A stretch of DNA of 64,000 nucleotides from the NCBI GenBank assembly GCA_020628935.1, contig JAHDEG010000006.1, forward strand, positions 142,986-206,985. The letters are read 5' to 3'. A model generated the notes under the pieces. It was given only the letters and a program-made list of their open reading frames with translations, was not told the DNA's origin and did no database searches. The position numbers and the translations under genes are program-made. Within the stretch, counting starts at the first letter, position 1; every line of letters begins with the position of its first letter. This stretch comes from Flavobacteriales bacterium. Its GTDB lineage: Bacteria > Bacteroidota > Bacteroidia > Flavobacteriales_G > JALEGO01. Positions 20,306-28,476 of this stretch are shown piece by piece.

Positions 20306-21313
20306 ATGAGAATTCTTTCAAACACTTTTTTACTGTTATTAATTGTCTCAACTGCTTTAACATCGTGCGTACCCGCCAGAAAATATGAAGAAATGCAGCT
20401 TAGAGCAGAAAAAGCAGAAGGCACTAGGTTGAGTTTAATTGAAAAAAACAAGGATTTAGAAACAAAGTTAAATGAGCTTGAAATTCAGCTTGACAACTTA
20501 AAAATGGATGTTAAAAGTTTAAGGCACGATACCACAGTAACCGGTATTTCATTAAGAAAAATGACTAGTCAGTACGATAAAATTAATAGGCTAAATGATG
20601 AACTCCTCGATAAAGTAAATATGCTACAAGAAAATAGCGCTGCACAAAGCACTAAGTTAGTTGGTGAGTTGGATGCTGCACGAACTAAACTGCAAAAAAG
20701 AGAAGATGCCTTAAGAAAATTAGAAGGAGAGGTTAGCGGAAAAGAAGCTAAGTTAAACACCTTAAACTCTGAATTAAAAGACAGAGAAAAAAGAGTAAAA
20801 GAGCTAGAACAAATGATTGCTCAACAAGAGGAAGCTACCAACGCATTAAAAAGAAAAATTTCTGAGGCATTACTTGGCTTTCAGGATAAAGGATTAACCG
20901 TAGAGCAAAAGAATGGTAAAATTTACGTTTCTATGGAAGCTAAGCTTTTATTCCCCAGTGGTAGTACTAATATAGATTCTGAAGGAAAAAAAGCACTTGT
21001 AGATTTATCTAAAGTTTTAAAAGACCAAAAAGATATTTCTATAGTAGTTGAAGGGCATACAGATACTGATAAAATTAAGGGAGGATCAATGAAAGATAAT
21101 TGGGACCTTAGCGTACTAAGAGCAACTTCGGTTGTTCGTTTATTAGTAGATAAAGGAATTGACCCTACAAGAGTTACACCTGCCGGTAAAGGAGAGTTTA
21201 TTCCTGTCGACCCTGGTAAAGACAGTGCAGCTAAGGCTAAAAACAGAAGAATTGAAGTGGTTATTACTCCTAACCTAGATGAGATTTTTGATATAATTGA
21301 CTCTAAAAAGTAA
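20306..21313 (+). CDS. OmpA/MotB-family peptidoglycan-binding lipoprotein with long coiled coil
   Basis: Lipobox LTSC, heptad region, then VEGHTD, NWDLSVLRA, AKNRRIEV. Confidence 0.9.
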   Translation: MRILSNTFLLLLIVSTALTSCVPARKYEEMQLRAEKAEGTRLSLIEKNKDLETKLNELEIQLDNLKMDVKSLRHDTTVTGISLRKMTSQYDKINRLNDELLDKVNMLQENSAAQSTKLVGELDAARTKLQKREDALRKLEGEVSGKEAKLNTLNSELKDREKRVKELEQMIAQQEEATNALKRKISEALLGFQDKGLTVEQKNGKIYVSMEAKLLFPSGSTNIDSEGKKALVDLSKVLKDQKDISIVVEGHTDTDKIKGGSMKDNWDLSVLRATSVVRLLVDKGIDPTRVTPAGKGEFIPVDPGKDSAAKAKNRRIEVVITPNLDEIFDIIDSKK

Positions 21314-21329
21314 ATAACAAACACTTCGT

Positions 21330-23834
21330 ATGGGTTTTATATCCTTATTTAAACCTTACCTAAAGTATTTAATTGCTTTAATAGTTTTTTTTGCGCTTAC
21401 CGCAGGATTCACTTGGCCAACCTTTATGGGTAAAACCATTGATCAGCCTGATATTGTGCGCTTTAAAGCAATGTCTAAAGAACTTAGAGATTTCCGAACA
21501 GATACAGGAGAAGAAGCGCTGTGGACAAACAACATGTTCTCTGGTATGCCAGCCTATCAAATTTCTGTTGTTTACAAGGGTAATTTGTTGCAATACATTA
21601 CTAAATCTCTCGGCTTAGTTTTTAAGCATCCTGTTTACGCGCTTTTTATATCAATGTTGTGTTTTTACATTTTATTGTTAAGCTTTAAAGTTGATTATCG
21701 TTTAGCAATAGTTTGTGCAATTGCATATGCTTTTTCTACCTACTTTATTGTTATACTCAAAGCGGGTCATAACTCTAAAGCTATTACATTAGCTTATTCT
21801 CCATTGGTTTTTGCAGGGTTTGTAAATGCATTTAAAAGTAAATATTGGCTCGGGTTCTTTTTAACTTGTATTGGTTTATCCATGAGTCTAAGTTCTGGTC
21901 ACCCACAAATGACCTACTACCTCGCAATAGTAATCCTGTTTTATGTAGTTTTTGAATTTTATAATCACATCAGAAATAAGCAAATTAAAAATTACTTTAT
22001 TGGAGTAGCGGTTGTTTGCTGTGCAACACTACTTGCTATTGGTACAGATTACGCCAGGTTTTCTTCCTCTTACAAATATGCTAAACAGAGTATTCGTGGT
22101 GAGGGTAGGCTTGCTAAACCATCCTCACAAATAAAAAAAGAAGGGCTAGATTGGTCGTATATAACAGACTGGAGTTACGGAGCAACAGAGACGCTAACGT
22201 TAATGATTCCTAATTATAAGGGAGGAATATCTGAACCAATGGTTATTGATCATAAAAAAGTTCTTAAAAAAATTCCCCCAGCGTTTAAAAAACCAGTAGG
22301 TCAAATTGATGCTTATTACGGTAATCAGCCGTTTACCGAAGGGCCAGTTTATGTTGGTGCGTTCATTGTATTCTTATTTGTATTTAGCCTTTTCATATTA
22401 GATAATTACCTTGCATGGAGCTTGATTGTAGCCCTAACGTTGTCTATAATGCTTGCTTGGGGCAAATACCTTATGCCGCTTACAGCGTTTTTTATAGAAA
22501 ACATTCCCTTTTATAACAAGTTTAGATCAGTGTCTTCCATATTGGTAAACGCAGAGCTTATACTGCCCATTATGGCTGCTTTAGGCTTAAGTCATATAGC
22601 TAAAAACTTAGAAACTATTCACCCCAAGTTCAAAAAAGCATTTTTTTGGAGCCTTCTAATAACTGCTGGTTTTTGCCTTGTGTGCTACATAATGCCTACA
22701 TGGATAAACACGTTTGATAGAAGTAACGAATATGAAGATTTACTATACTCATATATGAATTTTTCTAACGCAAATAAGCCAGAAGAATATTGGGCTAAAT
22801 TTTTAAGTGCTATGCACCCCTATTTAGTAGATGCAAGAGTCGCTATTTTTAAAGCAGATGTAATACGTTCTTTTTTAATAATTATACTAGGAAGCATTTT
22901 TTTGTGGCTTTTTGTAAAACGAATTATTAAGCTAAATTTATTTGCAATACTTATTGGTGTGCTTATTACAGCCGACTTAATAAATGTAAACCTTAGGTAT
23001 TTAAACACAGATAACTACGTGAGTGAAAAATCACTTAACACACGATATACACCAACTCCTACCGACTTAGAAATATTAAAAGATACCTCATTATATTACC
23101 GAGTACTTAATACTACTACCCCACTCGATAATGATGCACGCACCTCATATTTTCATAAAAGTGTGGGAGGATATCATGCAGCAAAACTGGGTAAATATCA
23201 AGATGTAATTGATCTATATTTAAATAATGAGAGATTACAAGCAGGCTCACTACAACCACAAGTGGTAAATATGCTTAATGCAAAATACATTATTAAATAT
23301 GATACCTTGGGGCGCGAAGTAGTTCAAAAAAATAAAAAAGCATTAGGCAACGCATGGTTTGTAAGTAGTTATAAGCAGGTTAATTCTCCTACAGAAGCAC
23401 TTGAGCAATTAGCCCATATAAACGTAGAAAACGAAGTGGTTTTGATCGGTGAAACAGCTAATATGCTACCAACAGTTTTAATGAAAGATAGCAACGCTGT
23501 TATTAATCTAAACGAATATCAACCAAATTATTTAAAGTATACTTACCAGTCAAATACACAAGCATTGGCTGTTTTTTCAGAAGTGTTTTATGAGGAAGGA
23601 TGGAATGCCTATTTAGATGATAAGCCATTTGACTATTTTAACGCAAACTATATTTTAAGAGCGGCATTAGTACCAGAAGGAAATCATATGGTAGAGTTTA
23701 AATTTGAACCTCAACATTTTTATTTCGCTGAAAAAGTCTCCTTAGCTAGCTCCATCGTATTTATAATTATACTTTTTTCTTATTTGGGAGGAAGGATGAT
23801 TGCGTATTTCAAAAAAAAGGAACTTACGAGTTAA
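21330..23834 (+). CDS. YfhO-family membrane protein (putative GT-C), paralogue 1
   Basis: WTNNMFSGMP, NKFRS, GGYHAAKL, NMLNAKYII, ALGNAWFV, FSEVFY..GW, ANYILRA. Confidence 0.9.
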   Translation: MGFISLFKPYLKYLIALIVFFALTAGFTWPTFMGKTIDQPDIVRFKAMSKELRDFRTDTGEEALWTNNMFSGMPAYQISVVYKGNLLQYITKSLGLVFKHPVYALFISMLCFYILLLSFKVDYRLAIVCAIAYAFSTYFIVILKAGHNSKAITLAYSPLVFAGFVNAFKSKYWLGFFLTCIGLSMSLSSGHPQMTYYLAIVILFYVVFEFYNHIRNKQIKNYFIGVAVVCCATLLAIGTDYARFSSSYKYAKQSIRGEGRLAKPSSQIKKEGLDWSYITDWSYGATETLTLMIPNYKGGISEPMVIDHKKVLKKIPPAFKKPVGQIDAYYGNQPFTEGPVYVGAFIVFLFVFSLFILDNYLAWSLIVALTLSIMLAWGKYLMPLTAFFIENIPFYNKFRSVSSILVNAELILPIMAALGLSHIAKNLETIHPKFKKAFFWSLLITAGFCLVCYIMPTWINTFDRSNEYEDLLYSYMNFSNANKPEEYWAKFLSAMHPYLVDARVAIFKADVIRSFLIIILGSIFLWLFVKRIIKLNLFAILIGVLITADLINVNLRYLNTDNYVSEKSLNTRYTPTPTDLEILKDTSLYYRVLNTTTPLDNDARTSYFHKSVGGYHAAKLGKYQDVIDLYLNNERLQAGSLQPQVVNMLNAKYIIKYDTLGREVVQKNKKALGNAWFVSSYKQVNSPTEALEQLAHINVENEVVLIGETANMLPTVLMKDSNAVINLNEYQPNYLKYTYQSNTQALAVFSEVFYEEGWNAYLDDKPFDYFNANYILRAALVPEGNHMVEFKFEPQHFYFAEKVSLASSIVFIIILFSYLGGRMIAYFKKKELTS

Positions 23835-23846
23835 ACGTATACAGCA

Positions 23847-24425
23847 TTGATAGAAACATTAAAAAATAACCTGGAAGCATCAATTGCAATTAAGCAACAG
23901 ATACTTGATGATGATACTTTAATACAAAATGTAAATGATGTATCAATCTGTTTAATAAAGGCGTTTAAAGCCGATAAAAAAGTGTTTTTTTGCGGAAACG
24001 GTGGAAGTGCCGCAGACGCTCAACACATTGCAGCAGAACTATCAGGAAGGTATTATTACGACCGTGATCCATTATATGCAGAGGCATTACACGTAAACAC
24101 ATCCTATCTTACAGCAGTTGCAAATGATTATTCATATGATGAAATATATTCTAGAATGATAAAAGCAGCTTGTGACAAGGGAGATGTTCTTGTGGCATTA
24201 TCGACTTCAGGTAATTCAAAAAATATAATAAGAGCATTAGAACAAGCTAAAGCTCAGAATATGATTATAATAGGGTTTAGTAATGAGGATGGAGGAAAAA
24301 TGAACGGTTTATGTGATATCCTTATAAAAATACCAAGTAAAGACACGCCAAGAGTACAAGAGTGTCATATGCTTTTATTGCATTCCGTTTGTGAGGATGT
24401 TGAGTTAGCAATGTTTCCTAAATAA
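23847..24425 (+). CDS. gmhA: Sedoheptulose-7-phosphate isomerase
   Basis: CGNGGSAADAQH, ANDY, STSGNS, PRVQECH; TTG start. Confidence 0.93.
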   Translation: MIETLKNNLEASIAIKQQILDDDTLIQNVNDVSICLIKAFKADKKVFFCGNGGSAADAQHIAAELSGRYYYDRDPLYAEALHVNTSYLTAVANDYSYDEIYSRMIKAACDKGDVLVALSTSGNSKNIIRALEQAKAQNMIIIGFSNEDGGKMNGLCDILIKIPSKDTPRVQECHMLLLHSVCEDVELAMFPK

Positions 24426-24431
24426 GCCGCA

Positions 24432-25727
24432 ATCAAAAAAGTACTAATAATAACCTACTATTGGCCTCCGAGTGGTGGTGCTGGTTTTCAGCGCTGGCTA
24501 AAACTGAGTAAGTATTTATCCAAACAAGGGGTTGAAGTACACGTGTTAACTGTTGATCCTGATTACGCATCATATCCGTATTTAGACGACTCAACAGAAA
24601 AGGAAGTACCCAACTCGGTAAAGGTTTATAAAACAAAAGCCACCAATTACTTTAGTGTATATAAAACCCTTTTTAGAAGAAAAACCGTGCCTCACAGTGG
24701 TACATTTAATACCGAAGGAAGCAGTTTTTTGAATAATTTAGTAAATTGGGTGCGCTCAAATGTATTTATACCTGACCCTAGAGTAGGTTGGAATAAACAC
24801 GCAATCAAAAAAGCAAAAGAAATAATCCGCCAAGAAAAAATTACTACCGTAATTACAAGTAGTGCACCCAACTCCACCCATTTAATAGGTTTATCCCTCA
24901 AAAAACAATTTAAAAACTTGTATTGGATTAGTGACTTTAGAGATGCTTGGACAAAAATAGATTTTTATCAAGATTTAAAACTTACTACCTGGGCAAACAA
25001 AAGACATCATTCGTTAGAAAAGCAAGTGCTAAACAAATCAGATTTAATAACCACTATAGGTAAAACGCTGGCGTCTGAATTTTCAGAGTTAACTAATACT
25101 CCTGTAAAAGTTATTTCGAATGGGTATGATAGTGACGATTATACATTAGAAGGCACTACACCAACAAATTTATTGTCAGTTGTGTATACCGGTAGTATTA
25201 ATGAGAAGAGAAACCCAATCGCTTTGTGGAAAGCTTTAAACGAGCTTAACAATGAGAATGAGAGTTTATATAAAACATGTAAAATTGATGTGTATGGAGA
25301 AATACATCCTTCCGTAAAACAAAGCATAAATAAGTTGAGCTTAGAAAAAATAGTTAACATACACGCCAAGGTTAATCACAAGCAAATTGGAGGGATTCAA
25401 AAGAAGGCAGATGTGTTGTTGTTAATTATTAATGACGTGAAAAGCTCAAAACACATTTTAACGAGTAAAATATTTGAATATTTTGGAGCTCAAAAATCTA
25501 TTTTAAACATCGGGCCAACCAAGGGCGATGCAGCTCAATTAGTTGAATATACAAAGTCAGGACTCACCTTTGATTACAAAGACACACAAGGGATAAAAAA
25601 ACACCTTAAAAACAGTATGGCGACTAAAAAAGAAAATGGTACGTTGATTTACCATGGAAATGAAACTAATTTAAGAATGTTCACACATACTACGCTAGCC
25701 AAAAAATTGGTTGATGTTATTAAATAG
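24432..25727 (+). CDS. GT4 glycosyltransferase; N-terminus extends upstream of the tracked start, to a likely ATC
   Basis: The same frame upstream of 24543 reads IKKVLIITYYWPPSGGAGFQRWLKLSKYL; downstream are IPDPRVGW, SDFRDAW and SKIFEY. The start position is inferred. Confidence 0.85.
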   Translation: MKKVLIITYYWPPSGGAGFQRWLKLSKYLSKQGVEVHVLTVDPDYASYPYLDDSTEKEVPNSVKVYKTKATNYFSVYKTLFRRKTVPHSGTFNTEGSSFLNNLVNWVRSNVFIPDPRVGWNKHAIKKAKEIIRQEKITTVITSSAPNSTHLIGLSLKKQFKNLYWISDFRDAWTKIDFYQDLKLTTWANKRHHSLEKQVLNKSDLITTIGKTLASEFSELTNTPVKVISNGYDSDDYTLEGTTPTNLLSVVYTGSINEKRNPIALWKALNELNNENESLYKTCKIDVYGEIHPSVKQSINKLSLEKIVNIHAKVNHKQIGGIQKKADVLLLIINDVKSSKHILTSKIFEYFGAQKSILNIGPTKGDAAQLVEYTKSGLTFDYKDTQGIKKHLKNSMATKKENGTLIYHGNETNLRMFTHTTLAKKLVDVIK

Positions 25728-25845
25728 TTTCTGCAAACTCGCATTTTTTCAAAAAACACAGGGTTATTACTTTTAAAAAAATAATGGTTAATTTAGGGTG
25801 ATAATAAATAGGAGAGCAAAAATGCGCAGTTATTAAAAGAATAAA

Positions 25846-26604
25846 ATGAAATACAAAGATAGAATCCCGAAAGATCTTTTCAATGACAATGGACACTATA
25901 ATGGTAGGCCAGCCGATTTTGATGATAGAATAGTTATTAGGAGACTTAATTTGGTTAAAAATATTCCCGATTTTGTTAATAAGAAATGTACACTATTAGA
26001 TATTGGATGTGGGAATGGTGCTTCAATGTTTTTGCTTTCTGATAAAATGAAAGAGTGTGTCGGAATAGAAGTGTCTGATACGTACAGTGAAGAGTTTAAT
26101 GCATACAAAAAAAAAAACAATATAGTAAATTGTAAATACATAATTAGCGATGTAGTTGAAAGTAAACCAACAGAGCAATTTGATCGAATTATTAGTTTCG
26201 AAGTAATAGAACATTTATCAAATGAAAACGGTATTAAATTCTATTACGAATCCCTTAAAAAAGGTGGAATGCTCGCTGTATCTGTGCCCAACAAGTGGTG
26301 GATATTTGAAACCCATGGTGCTAAATTACCTTTGCTCCCTTGGAATAGAGTTCCCTTTTTTTCTTGGTTGCCTAGGGTCATTCATGAGAGATTTTCCAAT
26401 GCAAGAATTTATACAAAAAAAAGGATTACAACACTTTTAGAAAAAAACGGTTTTAAAGTACTAGATTGTCAGTATGTAACCGCTCCAATGGATGTGCTGC
26501 CTGAAGGAAAAACAAAAAAATGGTTAATTAAAAATATCTTTAATTCAGATACAACTAAAATACCATTTAAAGCAACATCAATTTTCATAACTGCAAAAAA
26601 GTAG
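25846..26604 (+). CDS. Class I SAM-dependent methyltransferase
   Basis: LLDIGCGNG (motif I), FEVIEHL, LKKGG..AVSVPN. Confidence 0.88.
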   Translation: MKYKDRIPKDLFNDNGHYNGRPADFDDRIVIRRLNLVKNIPDFVNKKCTLLDIGCGNGASMFLLSDKMKECVGIEVSDTYSEEFNAYKKKNNIVNCKYIISDVVESKPTEQFDRIISFEVIEHLSNENGIKFYYESLKKGGMLAVSVPNKWWIFETHGAKLPLLPWNRVPFFSWLPRVIHERFSNARIYTKKRITTLLEKNGFKVLDCQYVTAPMDVLPEGKTKKWLIKNIFNSDTTKIPFKATSIFITAKK

Positions 26605-26606
26605 TC

Positions 26607-27737
26607 TCATAAGGATTTTTCGAATACTAATATTTTTCTTGCAAACACATCCCAACTATAACTTTTTTTATCATGCTTAATGTTTTTAGAGAATTCTTTG
26701 AACCTGTTTTTTTGAAAAAAATCTAAAAGACAATTTGCAATCTCTTGTGGGTCCTTATTGCATAAATATCCAGTTTTGAAGTTCTTGACAACCTCTGGTA
26801 AACCCCCAACATTAGTGGCTAAGATAGGTCTGTTGAAATGCATTGCCATTGGAGCTATTCCACTTTGACTTGCGCTATTATATGTTAATGATATTATATC
26901 ACAAGCAGAAAAATAAAATTTTAGTTCTTTATCTTCAATAAAGTGATCTATAATATGAACTCGGTCGGTGAGGTGGTTTGTGCTAATATAACTTATATAC
27001 GAATCTTTATTATCGTAAAACTCACCGGCAATAATTAAATCAGTGTTAGGTAGCTGCTCAGAAATTAATTGAATTGCCTTGAGGGTTAAGTCTAAGCCTT
27101 TATATTTTCTTACCAAGCCGAAAAATAAAATATAGTTTTTTTGTGGATTTAATTTTAAATGTTTTTTTGCAGTAATTTTATCAATCCCTCCTTCTAAGTT
27201 ACTATTTATGGGGTGTGGATATGTCAGTTGAGGTTTAATCGAAAACAATAATAATTCAGCCCTTACTTTATCTGACATTGTAATGAATCCGTTGAAAGAG
27301 TTTAAGAAATAATTGGTGAAAAGCTTATCGCCTAGTCTGTTTTCATGTGGTTTTATGTTATCACATAATGCTATTAATTTAGTGTTTTTATTAATTAACC
27401 TGGCTATTGTACCCAAGCACGGTGCCAAAAAACTTAACCAATATCTTACAATAACTAAGTCGGGATTAAGCTTATTTATTTTTCTAGCAACTAAAATCCA
27501 ATTTATAGGATTTACAGTGTTAATTAAACGTTCGATTTTTAGCGGTTTATGGCTCTGTTTATTCTTTCTAAACTGTGTTTTTCCTGGAAATAAAAATTTT
27601 GGGTACTGAAGTTTAAAGGTGATTATTGAACTATTTACTCCACAATTGTTTAACGCTGTACATAAAGACTCATTCGTGTCTGAAATGCCACCTCTGTAGG
27701 GGTGGGCGGGGCCTATAATTATTGTTTTTTTACTCAA
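26607..27737 (-). CDS. GT4 glycosyltransferase
   Basis: GPAHPYRGGI, FFGLVRKYKGL, SASQSGI, TNVGGLPEVV. Confidence 0.9.
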   Translation of the reverse strand: MSKKTIIIGPAHPYRGGISDTNESLCTALNNCGVNSSIITFKLQYPKFLFPGKTQFRKNKQSHKPLKIERLINTVNPINWILVARKINKLNPDLVIVRYWLSFLAPCLGTIARLINKNTKLIALCDNIKPHENRLGDKLFTNYFLNSFNGFITMSDKVRAELLLFSIKPQLTYPHPINSNLEGGIDKITAKKHLKLNPQKNYILFFGLVRKYKGLDLTLKAIQLISEQLPNTDLIIAGEFYDNKDSYISYISTNHLTDRVHIIDHFIEDKELKFYFSACDIISLTYNSASQSGIAPMAMHFNRPILATNVGGLPEVVKNFKTGYLCNKDPQEIANCLLDFFQKNRFKEFSKNIKHDKKSYSWDVFARKILVFEKSL

Positions 27738-27747
27738 CCCTAATGCT

Positions 27748-28476
27748 TTATTTAATTTTTAAGCTCTTAAATACAATATAAACATGAGACAATAAAGTAG
27801 TCAGAATTCCATAATGATGAATATAAATCTTGAATCTTTCTTTTAACCCTGTAATTCTTTTTTGAGAAGAAGTGCCTCCATTCAAATACTTGGAGATTAT
27901 TATGCCGGTATTGTGAATTTTTTCTGCTTTTTTTAAAATCTTAATACTCCAATCTATATCGGAAGATATTTTATAGGATATATCGTAATCGACACAAAGA
28001 GTTCTTTTAGCAATAAATGACTGATGACAAATAAGCATTCCTCTACTATAATCTTTCCAAGTCAATGTTCTTGGCGGCCGATGTTTACTAAGACCAATTA
28101 CATTATTAAAGTCATCGACAACTTGCATATCTCCATAATAAACATCAGCATTTTGTACTGTTGCAAAAACAGAAGAAACCGTTGATTCAGAAAAAAACCG
28201 ATCCCCTGAATTCATAAAAAGAACATAATCTCCCTTAGCTTGGTGAAGGCCTTTATTCATAGCATCATAAATACCTTTGTCAGGCTCACTTACGATTGAG
28301 TCAATATTGTTTTTGTATTTGGTAACAATATCCATTGTATCATCGGTTGATCGACCATCAATAATTATGTACTCAATGTTCTTGTAGGTCTGCTCAATAA
28401 CACTTTTTATAGTGTTTTCTATATAGCTTGCGGCATTATACGCTATTGTTATTACCGATAATTTTGGAGAAACCAT
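27748..28476 (-). CDS. GT2 glycosyltransferase (WcaE-like)
   Basis: IDGRSTD, SEPDKGIYDAMNKG, FMNSGD, ICHQS. Confidence 0.9.
   Translation of the reverse strand: MVSPKLSVITIAYNAASYIENTIKSVIEQTYKNIEYIIIDGRSTDDTMDIVTKYKNNIDSIVSEPDKGIYDAMNKGLHQAKGDYVLFMNSGDRFFSESTVSSVFATVQNADVYYGDMQVVDDFNNVIGLSKHRPPRTLTWKDYSRGMLICHQSFIAKRTLCVDYDISYKISSDIDWSIKILKKAEKIHNTGIIISKYLNGGTSSQKRITGLKERFKIYIHHYGILTTLLSHVYIVFKSLKIK

Noticed and set aside
20306-21313. Flagellar MotB
   Set aside because: It has a lipobox and coiled coil rather than the MotB TM helix, and there is no motA or flagellar gene; a generic OmpA-domain lipoprotein fits better.
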